Shown: one piece after another, positions 20,160 to 29,836 of the stretch | Position numbering within the stretch: the stretch's first letter is position 1 | How the letters are laid out: each line of letters starts with the position of its first letter | Assembly (NCBI GenBank): GCA_963719225.1 | Contig: CAVRAY010000001.1 | Coordinates: 1,856,001 to 1,920,000, forward strand | DNA length: 64,000 nucleotides | Direction of reading: 5' to 3' | From: Thermoanaerobaculia bacterium | GTDB taxonomy: Bacteria > Acidobacteriota > Thermoanaerobaculia > UBA5066 | Program-made: the position numbers and the translations under genes | The notes under the pieces: model-generated | What the model was told of the DNA's origin: nothing | What the model saw: only the letters and a program-made list of their open reading frames with translations | Database searches by the model: none

Positions 20160-21486
20160 GATCCGCCCCGGCGATCGCGTCGAGGTCGTGATCGAGCGCG
20201 TCGTGCCGGGCGGCGACGGGCTGGCGCGCCTCTCCGGCGTCGTGACCCTCGTGCCCGGAGCGTTGCCGGGCGACCGCGTGCGCCTTCGGGTGGGCGCTGC
20301 CTCGGATCGTCTCGTGCGCGGCGACCTGGAAGAGGTGCTCGTGTCCGGTGAGGCGCGCCGGCCGGGAGTCGAGATGTGCCCGAGGGCCCTCGACGGCTCC
20401 TGCGGCGGGTGCGACTGGCCGGCCGCGCGCCTCGAGTCTCACCGGGAGCTCAAGACGGCGCTCGTCCTCGATGCGCTCCGGCGGCTTGCGGGACTCCTGC
20501 CGGAAGATCTCCCCGAGCCGCGCTGGCTCGGGTCCCCGCGAAACTACCGCCTCAGAAACCGGCTTCATCTCGATCGCCGGGGAAACCTGGGATTCTTCGC
20601 GTCGCGCTCGAACGCCGTCTCGAACCTCGAGACGTGCGAGATCGTCTCGAACGCGCTGCTCGCGCGACTGCCCGCGATCCGCGATCACGTGCGCGGATTC
20701 GGACCGATGGAAGGGGAGCTCTGGACGCTGGAAGACCGCTCGGGGGGCACGCTGCTCGCCGAGTTGCGCCTCGGCGCGGGTGAGGGTCTGCAAATTTCTT
20801 CGAAGGTGAAGGAGAGGGGGAGGGGGCCGTTCGACGGGTTTCGACTCCTCGATGCGAGCGGCCGGGTGCTTCTTTCCGACGGACCCTCGTCTCTGGCGAT
20901 CGCGGCGGGCGGAGCCTCGTTCGACGTCTCCGTCTCCTCTTTCTTTCAAGGAAATCTGTATCTTCTCGACGCTTTTCTCGAAGAGATTCGGACCGCGCTC
21001 CGCGCGGTGCGGCCTTTTCGCGCGGTCGACCTCTATGCGGGCGCGGGATTCCTCACGCGGCCCCTTCTGGAGCTCGCGCGCGAGGTAGGTGGGGGCGATG
21101 TGACGGCCGTCGAGATCGACCCTTCCGCGTCACATTCCCTTTCTAAGAATCTTCAAACATGGCATTCGCACGGCTATCCCCTCGCGCGCTTCGTGCTCGC
21201 CTCGGCCGAATCTTTCTTTCATTCGCAGAAAAATCCGAATTCTCCGATCGATTTGATCGTCGCCGACCCGCCGCGCGCAGGCATGTCACCGAGCGTGCGG
21301 AGCGGGATCCTGCGCCTCGCACCGCGGCATCTCCTGATGGTCTCGTGCGATCCGCCGACGCTCGCCCGAGATCTGTCGGTCCTGAAGGAGCGTTACGCCG
21401 TCGAGCGCTTGACGCTGCTCGATCTCTTCCCGCAGACGCACCACGTCGAAACGGTCGCCTTGCTCGAACGGCGCGAAGTCGGATAG
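20152..21486 (+). CDS. rlmD: 23S rRNA m5U methyltransferase, RlmD/TrmA family with TRAM domain
   Basis: C..CGGC Fe-S motif, SFFQGN, DLYAGAG, DPPRAG, VSCDP, DLFPQTHHVE. Confidence 0.88.
   Translation: MAEIRPGDRVEVVIERVVPGGDGLARLSGVVTLVPGALPGDRVRLRVGAASDRLVRGDLEEVLVSGEARRPGVEMCPRALDGSCGGCDWPAARLESHRELKTALVLDALRRLAGLLPEDLPEPRWLGSPRNYRLRNRLHLDRRGNLGFFASRSNAVSNLETCEIVSNALLARLPAIRDHVRGFGPMEGELWTLEDRSGGTLLAELRLGAGEGLQISSKVKERGRGPFDGFRLLDASGRVLLSDGPSSLAIAAGGASFDVSVSSFFQGNLYLLDAFLEEIRTALRAVRPFRAVDLYAGAGFLTRPLLELAREVGGGDVTAVEIDPSASHSLSKNLQTWHSHGYPLARFVLASAESFFHSQKNPNSPIDLIVADPPRAGMSPSVRSGILRLAPRHLLMVSCDPPTLARDLSVLKERYAVERLTLLDLFPQTHHVETVALLERREVG
20792..21245. repeat. Motif group inside rlmD
   Basis: AATTTCTTCGAAGGTGAAG 20793 (+); CCCTTTCTAAGAATCTTC 21137 (-); weaker reverse variants at ~20941 and ~21215. 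Confidence 0.68.
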
Positions 21487-21495
21487 AAGCGGCGC

Positions 21496-23919
21496 ATGCG
21501 CGCGTCGTGGTCGAGAGAAGCCGGAGCCCCGTCGCTCCCCTTGGCGGGTGCTCTGGCTGCGGGGATCGTCGCGGCCGTCATCCTCCCGATCCCGCCCTCG
21601 AGAGCGCTCGGAGTCGTCCTCGCGATCGCGTCGGCGGCCGGCGTAGCGTTCGCGGGACGGCAGAGCCGGGTCCGCGTTTTCGCCGGTCTTGTTCTCGCCG
21701 TCGCCGCCGGATACTGGAACGCCCGCGAGCGCTTCCTCCTTCCCGCCCAACGCAGCGCCTCCGAGGCCCGCGAAGCGCTCGTCCGCGCGCGGGCAGCCGA
21801 TCCGGCCGCCGACGGCGCCCTCGTCGAGGTCACCGGCCGCCTCGCCGCGCCCTGGACCGCGAGCGGCTCGCTTTTCCGGACGCGGCTCGCGGTCGAAGCG
21901 GCGGCAGCGGACGGCACCCTCCTGCGGCTCGAGTCCGCTCTGCCGCTCACCGTGGCGGGGCAGCAGGATCCCTCCGGCATCGCGGAGCTGGGCGACCGCG
22001 TGCGCCTGCGCGGAACGCTCCGTCTGCCTGAGGTAGGCGGTCCGTCCCGTTCGCCCTTCGACCTTCCGCCCGAGCCGCGCCTCGCGCTCAAGAGCGCCGC
22101 CCAGGTCGAGCGGCTCGGTCCGCCGGCAGGTCTCCTCTCACCCGTGGCACGCGCCCACGCGGCCGTGAAGCGGCGCCTGCGCGCGAACCTCGCCGGCGCG
22201 GCGCCGGAAGAGCGCGGGGCGCTCGCGCTCCTCCTCGCGCTCGTGATGGGGGAGACGCAGGATCTTCCCGCGGCCACCGTCAGCGCGTTCCGCGACGGAG
22301 GCGTCGCGCACATCGTCGCGATCTCCGGATTGCAGGTCGGACTCGTCGCCGCCCTTCTCGGCTGGTTCGCGCGGCGGCTCGGGGCCTCTCTTGCCGCGCG
22401 CGACGGATTCGTCCTCGTGGCGACGGCTTCGTTCGCCGTCTTCGCGGGCGGCCGGCCGCCCGTGGTGCGCGCCGCGTTGATGATCGGTCTCTATCTCCTC
22501 GCGCGTTTGCTCGGCCGTCCCACCTCGGCGACCCACGTCCTCGGCTTCGCGGCCGTCGTCCTCCTCGTCGCCGACCCTTCCGACCTCTTCGACGTCGGAT
22601 TCCTCCTCACGTTCGCGGCCGTCTTCGGCCTGACGGCGTTCGGCGTTCCCGCGGCAAGAGCGCTCCGTGCAGCCGGGCTGCCTGCCCTCGTCGCCGATGC
22701 TCTCGGCGCGACCGCCGGAGCCGAGATCGCGGTGCTCCCGATCCAGCTCTTCGTGTTCAACGTGGTGCCCGTCGTGGCGCTGCTGTCGAACCCGTTCATC
22801 GTGCCGCTCTCGAGCGTCTTCCTGTTCGCGGGCCTCTTGCTCCTCCCGCTCCTGCTCCTGTCGCCTGCGTCTGCGGCGCTCGGCATCGTGCCGCTGCGGC
22901 TCCTCTCGGACGTCCTCCTCGCGCTGCTGTCGGCGCTCGACCGGCTGCACGCGGTGAGGATCGTGCCAACCCCCGCGTTCGCGCTCGTCGCGGCCACGGC
23001 GGCGCTCCTCATCGTCGCGGGTCTCGCGCGGCGCACCGGGCTGCGGCGCTCGGCATTCGCCGGCGCCGCGAGTCTCGCGCTCGCGGTCGTCCTCTCCCGT
23101 CCGGTGGTTGCCGAGCGAGGCAGGGTCGTGCTCCAGGCGTTCGACGTGGGTCAGGGGGACGCGTGGCTCCTCGTCACACCCGAGGGACGCGTCCTCGTGG
23201 ACGGCGGCGGGAGTCCCGACCGGGCATACGACTTCGGTCGCCTCCGGCTCGTGCCGCGCCTGACGGACGTCGGAGCAGTGGCGTTCGATGCGGTCGTGCT
23301 GACGCATCCGCACCCGGACCACGCGCGGGGGCTTCTCGCCGTTCTCACGTCGCTCCCGGTCGCGCACGTCGTCCTGCCCCGGGCGGCGCCCCGCAACCTC
23401 TTCCTGGACGAGTTCGAGGACGCGGCCGCGCGCCGGCACCTGGTGCTGGAGCGCTTCGGCGCCGGCCAGCGCTTCACGGCGGCGGGCCTGTCCTTCGACG
23501 TGCTGCACCCGGGGGACGCGCCCTACCCGCGCGCGCGGGAGAACAACGGATCGCTCGTGCTGCGTGTGACGCTCGCGGGGCGCAGCGTGCTCCTTTCCGG
23601 CGACATCGAGGCCCTTGCCGAGAGCGACCTGGTCTCGTCGGACCGGAACCTTTCGGCCGACGTCCTGAAAGTCCCGCATCACGGGAGCAGGACGTCCACC
23701 TCGGCGGCGTTCCTCGCGCGCGTCGCTCCCCGGCTCGGCCTGATCGGCGTGGGTCGCCGGAACCACTTCGGCCATCCGGCGGCCGACGTCGTCGCCCGCC
23801 TCGCGGCCGCGGGAGTCCGGACGTTCCGGACCGATCGCGACGGTGAGGTCGCCCTTCTGTTCGAAGGGGGCCGCATCCTTCCGGTCTTTCCCGAGAGCGT
23901 CGCGCGGGAGGTGCCGTGA
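21496..23919 (+). CDS. comEC: DNA internalization competence protein ComEC/Rec2
   Basis: HIVAISG competence domain; DVGQGD, THPHPDH, KVPHHGS metallo-beta-lactamase domain. Confidence 0.93.
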   Translation: MRASWSREAGAPSLPLAGALAAGIVAAVILPIPPSRALGVVLAIASAAGVAFAGRQSRVRVFAGLVLAVAAGYWNARERFLLPAQRSASEAREALVRARAADPAADGALVEVTGRLAAPWTASGSLFRTRLAVEAAAADGTLLRLESALPLTVAGQQDPSGIAELGDRVRLRGTLRLPEVGGPSRSPFDLPPEPRLALKSAAQVERLGPPAGLLSPVARAHAAVKRRLRANLAGAAPEERGALALLLALVMGETQDLPAATVSAFRDGGVAHIVAISGLQVGLVAALLGWFARRLGASLAARDGFVLVATASFAVFAGGRPPVVRAALMIGLYLLARLLGRPTSATHVLGFAAVVLLVADPSDLFDVGFLLTFAAVFGLTAFGVPAARALRAAGLPALVADALGATAGAEIAVLPIQLFVFNVVPVVALLSNPFIVPLSSVFLFAGLLLLPLLLLSPASAALGIVPLRLLSDVLLALLSALDRLHAVRIVPTPAFALVAATAALLIVAGLARRTGLRRSAFAGAASLALAVVLSRPVVAERGRVVLQAFDVGQGDAWLLVTPEGRVLVDGGGSPDRAYDFGRLRLVPRLTDVGAVAFDAVVLTHPHPDHARGLLAVLTSLPVAHVVLPRAAPRNLFLDEFEDAAARRHLVLERFGAGQRFTAAGLSFDVLHPGDAPYPRARENNGSLVLRVTLAGRSVLLSGDIEALAESDLVSSDRNLSADVLKVPHHGSRTSTSAAFLARVAPRLGLIGVGRRNHFGHPAADVVARLAAAGVRTFRTDRDGEVALLFEGGRILPVFPESVAREVP

Positions 23920-24869
23920 GCGCGCCGCGTCCGGGCGGCGTCCTCGCGATCGTGGGCGCGACGGCGACGGGCAAGTCCGAGCTCGCGGTCTCCGTCGCCG
24001 AGAGGCTCTCCGGGGAGGTCGTCTCGGCGGACGCATTCGCGGTCTACCGCGGCTTCGACGTCGGCACGGCGAAGCCCGCCGGCTCCCTGCGCGCGCGCGT
24101 CCCCCACCATCTCGTCGACGCGCGTGATCCGCGGGAGCCCTGGAGCGCCGGGGAGTTCGCCGCGGAAGCGCGGAGGCTTTGCGAGGAGATCCTCGCGCGC
24201 GGGAAGCTTCCGATTCTGGCGGGAGGCACGGGCTTCTACGTGAGGGCCTTCTTCGGCGGCCTCTTCGAGGGTCCTCGCCGGGACGACGAGGTCCGGAGCG
24301 CCCTCGAGGCGGTGAGAGCGCGCCGCGGAACGAACTTCCTCGTCCGGATGATCGGGTTCCTCGACCCCGAGAGCGCGGCGCGCGTCGGGGAGTCGGACGC
24401 GGCGCGTGCCATCAGGCTGCTCGAGATCCTTCTTCTCTCCGGTGAGCGCCCCTCGCGCCTTTTCCGGGAGCGCCCCGGAGCCTTCTGGGAAAAGCCGTCG
24501 GTCAAAGTTCTTCTCACGTTGCCGCGCGAGATGCTCTATGGAAGAATCGCGAGGAGGTTTCAGTCCGAGTTCGTGAACGAGCTGCCCGCGGAAGTGCGTC
24601 GCCTGCTCGCGGCGGGAGTCCCGCTCGCGGCGCCTGCATTCGCGGCGATCGGCTACCGGGACACGGCCGCGTTCGTCTCGGGCGCGCTCTCCGAGTCGGA
24701 GTGGAAGGAGCGGCTCCTGCGCGATACGCGTCGATACGCAAAACGACAGGAAGCGTGGTTCCGGCGCGAGAGGGATCTCGTCCCCGTACGCGCCGACCGT
24801 CTCGACCTCGTCGATTTCGTCGTGCGTGAGGCACGACTTCTTTTTTCCGTTACCGGCGAAGGGGGATGA
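23916..24869 (+). CDS. miaA: tRNA dimethylallyltransferase
   Basis: GATATGKS, DVGTAKP, GGTGFY, TRRYAKRQ.WF. Confidence 0.95.
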   Translation: MSAPRPGGVLAIVGATATGKSELAVSVAERLSGEVVSADAFAVYRGFDVGTAKPAGSLRARVPHHLVDARDPREPWSAGEFAAEARRLCEEILARGKLPILAGGTGFYVRAFFGGLFEGPRRDDEVRSALEAVRARRGTNFLVRMIGFLDPESAARVGESDAARAIRLLEILLLSGERPSRLFRERPGAFWEKPSVKVLLTLPREMLYGRIARRFQSEFVNELPAEVRRLLAAGVPLAAPAFAAIGYRDTAAFVSGALSESEWKERLLRDTRRYAKRQEAWFRRERDLVPVRADRLDLVDFVVREARLLFSVTGEGG

Positions 24870-25135
24870 CCATGATCGGACCGAGCAAACCGCCCATAAA
24901 CGTCCAGGACGGTTTTTTCTACCAGCTCCGCAAGGACAACACGCTCGTCGAAGTCATGCTCCTGTCCGAAAGAAAGCGGGTAGGCCGGATCCGGCGCTTC
25001 GACAAGTACGCGCTCGTCCTCGAGGTCGACGGGCGCGAGGAGATGATCTACAAGCACGCCATCTCCTCGGTGACCTCTCTGGGCGGGAGCCCCGCGGCAC
25101 CCGCCACCGCTCCGGCGCGGACGCCGGCGGTTTGA
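24866..25135 (+). CDS. hfq: RNA chaperone Hfq
   Basis: NVQDGFF, FDKY, MIYKHAIS; canonical miaA-hfq order. Confidence 0.93.
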   Translation: MTMIGPSKPPINVQDGFFYQLRKDNTLVEVMLLSERKRVGRIRRFDKYALVLEVDGREEMIYKHAISSVTSLGGSPAAPATAPARTPAV

Positions 25136-26145
25136 CACGACGGTTTCCCCTCGTTTTCCTGACAGCCGCGGCGCTCACGGCTTGTTCGCCGGCGCCTCGG
25201 CCCGTGGATCCATCGTCGCCCGCCGTCCGGGCCGCGGCTCTCGCGACGCGAGCGGAGGACGAGGCCGCCAGAGGGCGGCTCCGTGACGCGCTCGACGGAT
25301 ACCGCGAAGCGGTCCGCCTCGTGCCGGAGGACGAACGCTACCGGAATCGTATCGCCCAGCTGCGCGAGGCGTTCGTGGCCTCGCTCCGCGACGAAGCGGA
25401 GCCGGCTCTCGAGCGTGGAGACCTGCCCTCCGCCCGGCGTTCCGCCCTGGCGCTCGTCGAGGTCGATCCCGACTCACCGGCCGGCTACAGCATTCTGGCT
25501 TCGGCCGCGCTGGCGGAAGGAAGGCTCGAGGACGCCTGGGCGGCCGCACGGGCGGCGCACGAGCGTGCTCCCGACGATGCCGATGTCACGGGAACGCTCG
25601 CGGCGCTCGCGATGAAAACCGCGCGCTTCGCGGAGGCCGAGTCGCTTTACGGGGAACTCGCGAAAAGCGACCCCTCCATGGTCCAGAAGCAGGCGGCGGC
25701 GCGCCTGGAGTTCCAGGTCCAGAACTTGCCGCCCCTTTCCCGGAAAGCGGTTGAAGCTCAACGCGTGACGCGCGCCCAGCTTGCGACGATCCTCGTCACA
25801 CTCGTGCCGGAGGTCGCCTCCGCCCGCGTACCGCCGGGAGCGGACGTCGCGACGGACATCCTCGACCGGCCGGAGCGAAACGCCCTCGTGAGGGCCATCG
25901 CGCTCGGCTTCTTCTCCGTGTCGCGCGAGACGCATCGGGTAGGCGTCGACGTGGCGGTGTCGCGCGCCGAGATGCCCGCGCACCTGCGCCGCGTCGCCGC
26001 GCTGCACGGAAATCCGGACGACGACTGCCTGGCGACGGCGGCGTCGCTCGCCACCTGCGGCATACTTCCGGAAACGGCGTCCCGGCAGCTCAGCGGCCGG
26101 GAGGCGTTCGCCGCCATCGACGCGACGCTTCGGCTCGCCCGCTAG
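25132..26145 (+). CDS. TPR-containing lipoprotein
   Basis: Lipobox LTAC after a hydrophobic stretch; TPR-like helices; TTGA overlap with the hfq stop. Confidence 0.72.
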   Translation: MTRRFPLVFLTAAALTACSPAPRPVDPSSPAVRAAALATRAEDEAARGRLRDALDGYREAVRLVPEDERYRNRIAQLREAFVASLRDEAEPALERGDLPSARRSALALVEVDPDSPAGYSILASAALAEGRLEDAWAAARAAHERAPDDADVTGTLAALAMKTARFAEAESLYGELAKSDPSMVQKQAAARLEFQVQNLPPLSRKAVEAQRVTRAQLATILVTLVPEVASARVPPGADVATDILDRPERNALVRAIALGFFSVSRETHRVGVDVAVSRAEMPAHLRRVAALHGNPDDDCLATAASLATCGILPETASRQLSGREAFAAIDATLRLAR

Positions 26146-26158
26146 TGGAGGGTCTTTG

Positions 26159-26869
26159 ATGATCGTCACGGAGCTCTTCTCGAAGGTTCCTCTGTTCGAG
26201 GGGGTCTCGCCCGAGGACCGCGCGGCTCTCGCCCGCGCCGCCACGCTTCGCACCTACCGCCGGGGCGAGACCATCGTCCAGCAGGGCCAGCCCGGGGACG
26301 CGTTCTACGTTCTCGTGCGGGGCCGCGTCGCCGTCGCGATCGTCGCGCCGGACGGGCGCGAGGTGGTCCTGAACACGTTGGGAGAGGGCGATCATTTCGG
26401 AGAGATGGCGCTCCTCGACGACGCGCCCCGATCGGCGAGCGTCATCGCGCAGGAGAGGTCGGATCTCGCGATCCTCTCGCGGGCGGTGTTCCTCGACCTT
26501 CTGAAATCGAACTTCGTCCTGACACGGGCCCTTCTCGCGGCCTTCACGACCAGGCTGCGCCGTGCCAACGCCACGATCGAAGGGCTCGCCTCGCTCGACG
26601 TCAAGAGCCGGCTGGCGCGCTATTTCCGCGAGCTTGCCGTGGCGCGCGGACGGAAAGCGGGCGGCGGATGGTCCGTCGTGGTTCGACCCTCGCAGCGCGA
26701 GATCGCCGATACGATCGGCTCCTCGCGCGAGACGGTGTCGCGCACGATGTCGCAAATGGCTGCCGAACAGCTGATCGTCCCCAAGGGGAAGGCGGTCTAC
26801 GTCAAGCTCGACTCCCCGGAGGCCAACCCCACGGGCGGGTCGCCGGGCTCCTCACGCGCGACCGGCTGA
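26159..26869 (+). CDS. Crp/Fnr family transcriptional regulator
   Basis: FGEMALLD..PRSA cNMP pocket; IGSSRETVSR HTH. Confidence 0.93.
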   Translation: MIVTELFSKVPLFEGVSPEDRAALARAATLRTYRRGETIVQQGQPGDAFYVLVRGRVAVAIVAPDGREVVLNTLGEGDHFGEMALLDDAPRSASVIAQERSDLAILSRAVFLDLLKSNFVLTRALLAAFTTRLRRANATIEGLASLDVKSRLARYFRELAVARGRKAGGGWSVVVRPSQREIADTIGSSRETVSRTMSQMAAEQLIVPKGKAVYVKLDSPEANPTGGSPGSSRATG

Positions 26870-26882
26870 GGACACCCGGTCG

Positions 26883-27473
26883 ATGGAGCTGCGCCCCTGG
26901 ACGCTGCCGAACTTCCTGACGTTCGCGCGGCTTGCCTCCCTCCCGTTTCTCATCATGGCGATCCTCGGCGGCCGGCACGGTGTCGCCCTTGCCATCTTCC
27001 TCGCGGCCGCGATTACCGACGTCGTGGACGGATACGTGGCCCGCCGGTTCGGCATGGGCTCGCCGCTGGGGGCCTGGCTCGACCCCATCGTCGACAAGTT
27101 CTTCCTCGTCTCGACGTTCGTCGTCTTCGCGCTGCCTTCCACCCCGACGTCCCTTCACATTCCGGTCTGGCTCCTCGTGCTCACGGTCTTTCGTGACGCG
27201 TTCGCCCTTGCGATCTGCCTCGTCATGTTCCTGGCTCTCGGCATCAAGGATTTCCCGCCCTCGGCCCTCGGAAAGCTCACGACCTTCCTCGAGATCGCGA
27301 CGGTGGTCGCGATCCTGCTCGTGAACGTCCATCGGCTGCCCGTCGTCGTTGCGACGACCTGCATGCAGCTCGTGGCGATCTTCGCGACGGTGTCGGGCCT
27401 TCATTACTCGTGGCGCATCGTGACGCGCCTCCCGCGTCCGGCTGCGGCAGCCCCGCCTTCGCCGCCCGCGTGA
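26883..27473 (+). CDS. CDP-alcohol phosphatidyltransferase (PgsA-like)
   Basis: TLPNFLT..R; DVVDGYVAR...GAWLDPIVDK. Confidence 0.92.
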   Translation: MELRPWTLPNFLTFARLASLPFLIMAILGGRHGVALAIFLAAAITDVVDGYVARRFGMGSPLGAWLDPIVDKFFLVSTFVVFALPSTPTSLHIPVWLLVLTVFRDAFALAICLVMFLALGIKDFPPSALGKLTTFLEIATVVAILLVNVHRLPVVVATTCMQLVAIFATVSGLHYSWRIVTRLPRPAAAAPPSPPA

Positions 27474-27742
27474 GACTGTTCCGCCGGTCGACAGCGGCCG
27501 AGCCTCCCGCGCTCCGGCTTCTCTCGCGCAGCGGCTGCCATCTGTGCGACGAGATGAGGGCGGTCGTCGGGCCGCTCGTTCGCGCGCGCGGCGGCACGCT
27601 CGAGGTCGTGGACGTGGATGCCGATCCGGCTCTTGCCCGGAGGTGGGGGAATGAGATCCCGGTCGTCCTCGACGCCGAGGGCCGCGTCGTGGCGAAGGCT
27701 CGCGATTCGGCGGCGAAGGTCAGCCGCCGCCTCGGAGGCTGA
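27470..27742 (+). CDS. Glutaredoxin-like protein (DUF836 type)
   Basis: SRSGCHLCD, VDVD, EIPVV. Confidence 0.82.
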   Translation: MRLFRRSTAAEPPALRLLSRSGCHLCDEMRAVVGPLVRARGGTLEVVDVDADPALARRWGNEIPVVLDAEGRVVAKARDSAAKVSRRLGG

Positions 27743-27750
27743 TCGCAACC

Positions 27751-27798
27751 AAGAAAAAAGAAAGAGGAGCCCGAGGGGCGCCGGTTCCCCCGGACTCC
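27751..27798 (-). terminator. Intrinsic terminator for a minus-strand transcript
   Basis: Minus-strand hairpin GGAGTCCGGGGG/CCCCTCGGGCTCC followed by TCTTTCTTTTTTCTT. Confidence 0.65.
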
Positions 27799-27962
27799 GG
27801 TGCACCCCGCGAGGGGCCTGCCGGCGGCGGAATGGCTTTGCGCGTGCTGTGCGCTGGTCCTGGGCGGCTCTCCCGGAAACCCGGGGCCTCGGAGCTGCGT
27901 TGCGGACCTTGCCTGGTGCCTTTCCGGCCGACCCCGCCGTGTTTTCCGGCGCGCGGGGCTGA
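27751..27962 (-). ncRNA. Candidate structured small RNA, family not recognised
   Basis: No credible ORF; several short hairpins; TTGACT at 27995-27990 upstream; terminator at the 3' end. Confidence 0.4.
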
Positions 27963-27994
27963 CTAATCAGTAGGGCCTGAATTGCCCGGAGTCA

Positions 27995-28038
27995 AGAGGA
28001 GAAGAGAGAAGAAAAAAAGATTTCTTAGAAGGTGAATA
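27995..28038 (+). repeat. Consensus-like copy of the dispersed motif
   Basis: AGAGGAGAAGAGAGAAGAAAAAAA-GATTTCTTAGAAGGTGAATA. Confidence 0.8.
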
Positions 28039-28075
28039 TTCAGCGTCGCAAGGGCACTTCCCTCTGGGGCGATCA

Positions 28076-29836
28076 TCATCCCGTCAACTTCCGGACGAGC
28101 GCGCGGCCGACGAAGCGGAACTTGTCGCCGAGCGGAAACCTCTTGAGCACTGTCTTCACGACGCCCTGCGTGAACCGCGTGCGCTTTCCGTAGTCGATGC
28201 GGACGTCCACGACGACGGGGCGGCCGGTGCGGGCCACGCGCAGCGCTTCGCGGATGCCCTCTTCGATGCCGGCGTCGTCGTTCATCGGAATGAAGGCGGC
28301 TCCGGTCGCCTGGGCGATGCCCTCGAGCCGGATCTCCCCGAGCACGGTGCAGGTCTTGCGGTTGTAGGGGATCTCCTGCCCCTGCGAGATCTGCGAGAGC
28401 TCTCCGTCGTGGAACACGAAAAACGCGACGCCCGCCTGATGCGTCGTGGCCGTCACGATCTCGAGCCCTGTCATGAGAAACGCGCCGTCGCCCGCGATCG
28501 CGACGACCTCGAGATCCGGGCTCGCGAGCTTCGCCCCGATGGCGGCGGGAACCGCGTAGCCCATGCAGTTGAAGTCGGTCGGGCTCACGAAGCGGCGCGG
28601 GTTCGTGACGGGGAAGAGCTCGGCGGCGAGAAACGTGTGATTCCCGTCGTCGACGACCATGAGCGCGTCGTCCGCGAGCTGGCGGCGCAGCGACGCGAAA
28701 AAGCGGGCGGGATTGACCCGGTCGCTCTGGCGGCCGAGCCACTCCTCGCGATAGGCCTTCTTGTCGGAGGAAATCCGGGTTTCCTGCTCGAGGCGCCGCT
28801 CGGTCCGGTCGATGCCGCGTGCGGCGAGGCCGGCGAGAAGGCGGGGCACGACGGTGCGTGCGTCGCCCGCGATCGCCACTTTCGCGGGAAAGTTCGCACC
28901 GAGGACCCGGGGGTCGATGTCCACGTGGATGAGGTCCTCGGGAACCCGGCAGCCGAAGCTGCCCGTGGGGATCTCGGCGAAGCGGGTGCCGATCGCGAGC
29001 AGGCAGTCGCAGCCCGCGAAGGCGTTCTCGGCCGCTGGCACGGCCGCGCGGGAGAAACCCATGCCCGTGTGGAGGGGATGGGCCGCCGAAAACGCGGAAA
29101 GGCCCTGAAGCGTCGTCGCGACCGGCGCCCCGAGGAGCTCGGCGATGCGGGCCACGTCATCGGCGACGTCGACGGCGCCCCAGCCAACGAAGAGGCCGGG
29201 GAAGCGCGCCTTCTCGAGGAGGTCGATCGCAGCTTCGAGGAGACTCCTCTCGGGCTCTTCGGGCGGCGGCGGCGGCTCGAAGACGGGCAGCTCCTCGATC
29301 GTCTCCTGGAAGAGCTGCAGGTTCACGGGGATCTCGACGAAGACGGGGCCGGGGACGCCGGTCACGGCCGTGCGATATGCGTCGAAGATCGCGGGCACGA
29401 TTCCGGCGTGCGTCGTGGGGCGCCAAGTTCCCTTCGTCAGGCCCTTCAGAATCGCGTGCTGGTCGAGCTCGTGAAGCTGGTAGCGGAAGGGGACGTCGGT
29501 GCGGATGCCGCCGGAGATCACGAGCATGGGAATTCCGTCGAGGAAGGCCTCGCCGATGCCGCTCATGGCATGCGTGACCCCCGCGGCCGGCACGATCACG
29601 AGCGTTCCGATCGTGCCGCCGCTCGTTCGGCTGATTCCGTCGGCCGCGAAGGCAGCACCCGCCTCGTGCGTGACGAGGACGGGCTGGATCCTCTCCGACT
29701 TGTCGAGTTCGTCGTAGATCTCCGTGTTGTGCACGCCGGGAATCCCGAACGTGTGCGTGACGGGAAGCTGCTCCAGGGCGTGCCGCACGAGCCAGGCGCC
29801 GGATCTCTTCGCGCCGACCCGGATCGACTTCGTCAC
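28076..29836 (-). CDS. Thiamine diphosphate-dependent enzyme (acetolactate synthase-like)
   Basis: FGIPGVHN, THEAGAAFAADG, MGYAVPAAIGAK, GDGAFLM. Confidence 0.9.
   Translation of the reverse strand: MTKSIRVGAKRSGAWLVRHALEQLPVTHTFGIPGVHNTEIYDELDKSERIQPVLVTHEAGAAFAADGISRTSGGTIGTLVIVPAAGVTHAMSGIGEAFLDGIPMLVISGGIRTDVPFRYQLHELDQHAILKGLTKGTWRPTTHAGIVPAIFDAYRTAVTGVPGPVFVEIPVNLQLFQETIEELPVFEPPPPPEEPERSLLEAAIDLLEKARFPGLFVGWGAVDVADDVARIAELLGAPVATTLQGLSAFSAAHPLHTGMGFSRAAVPAAENAFAGCDCLLAIGTRFAEIPTGSFGCRVPEDLIHVDIDPRVLGANFPAKVAIAGDARTVVPRLLAGLAARGIDRTERRLEQETRISSDKKAYREEWLGRQSDRVNPARFFASLRRQLADDALMVVDDGNHTFLAAELFPVTNPRRFVSPTDFNCMGYAVPAAIGAKLASPDLEVVAIAGDGAFLMTGLEIVTATTHQAGVAFFVFHDGELSQISQGQEIPYNRKTCTVLGEIRLEGIAQATGAAFIPMNDDAGIEEGIREALRVARTGRPVVVDVRIDYGKRTRFTQGVVKTVLKRFPLGDKFRFVGRALVRKLTG

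Noticed and set aside
27800-27960. c-di-GMP-I riboswitch (GCGCAAAGCC on the minus strand), SRP, RNase P or tmRNA
   Set aside because: The other required conserved elements are absent or out of order, and no same-strand downstream gene is adjacent.
27963-28075. Peptide …LLRNLFFFSLLLL… at the end of ORF 27963-28742
   Set aside because: It is the translation of the reverse-strand motif and pyrimidine tract in a shadow frame.
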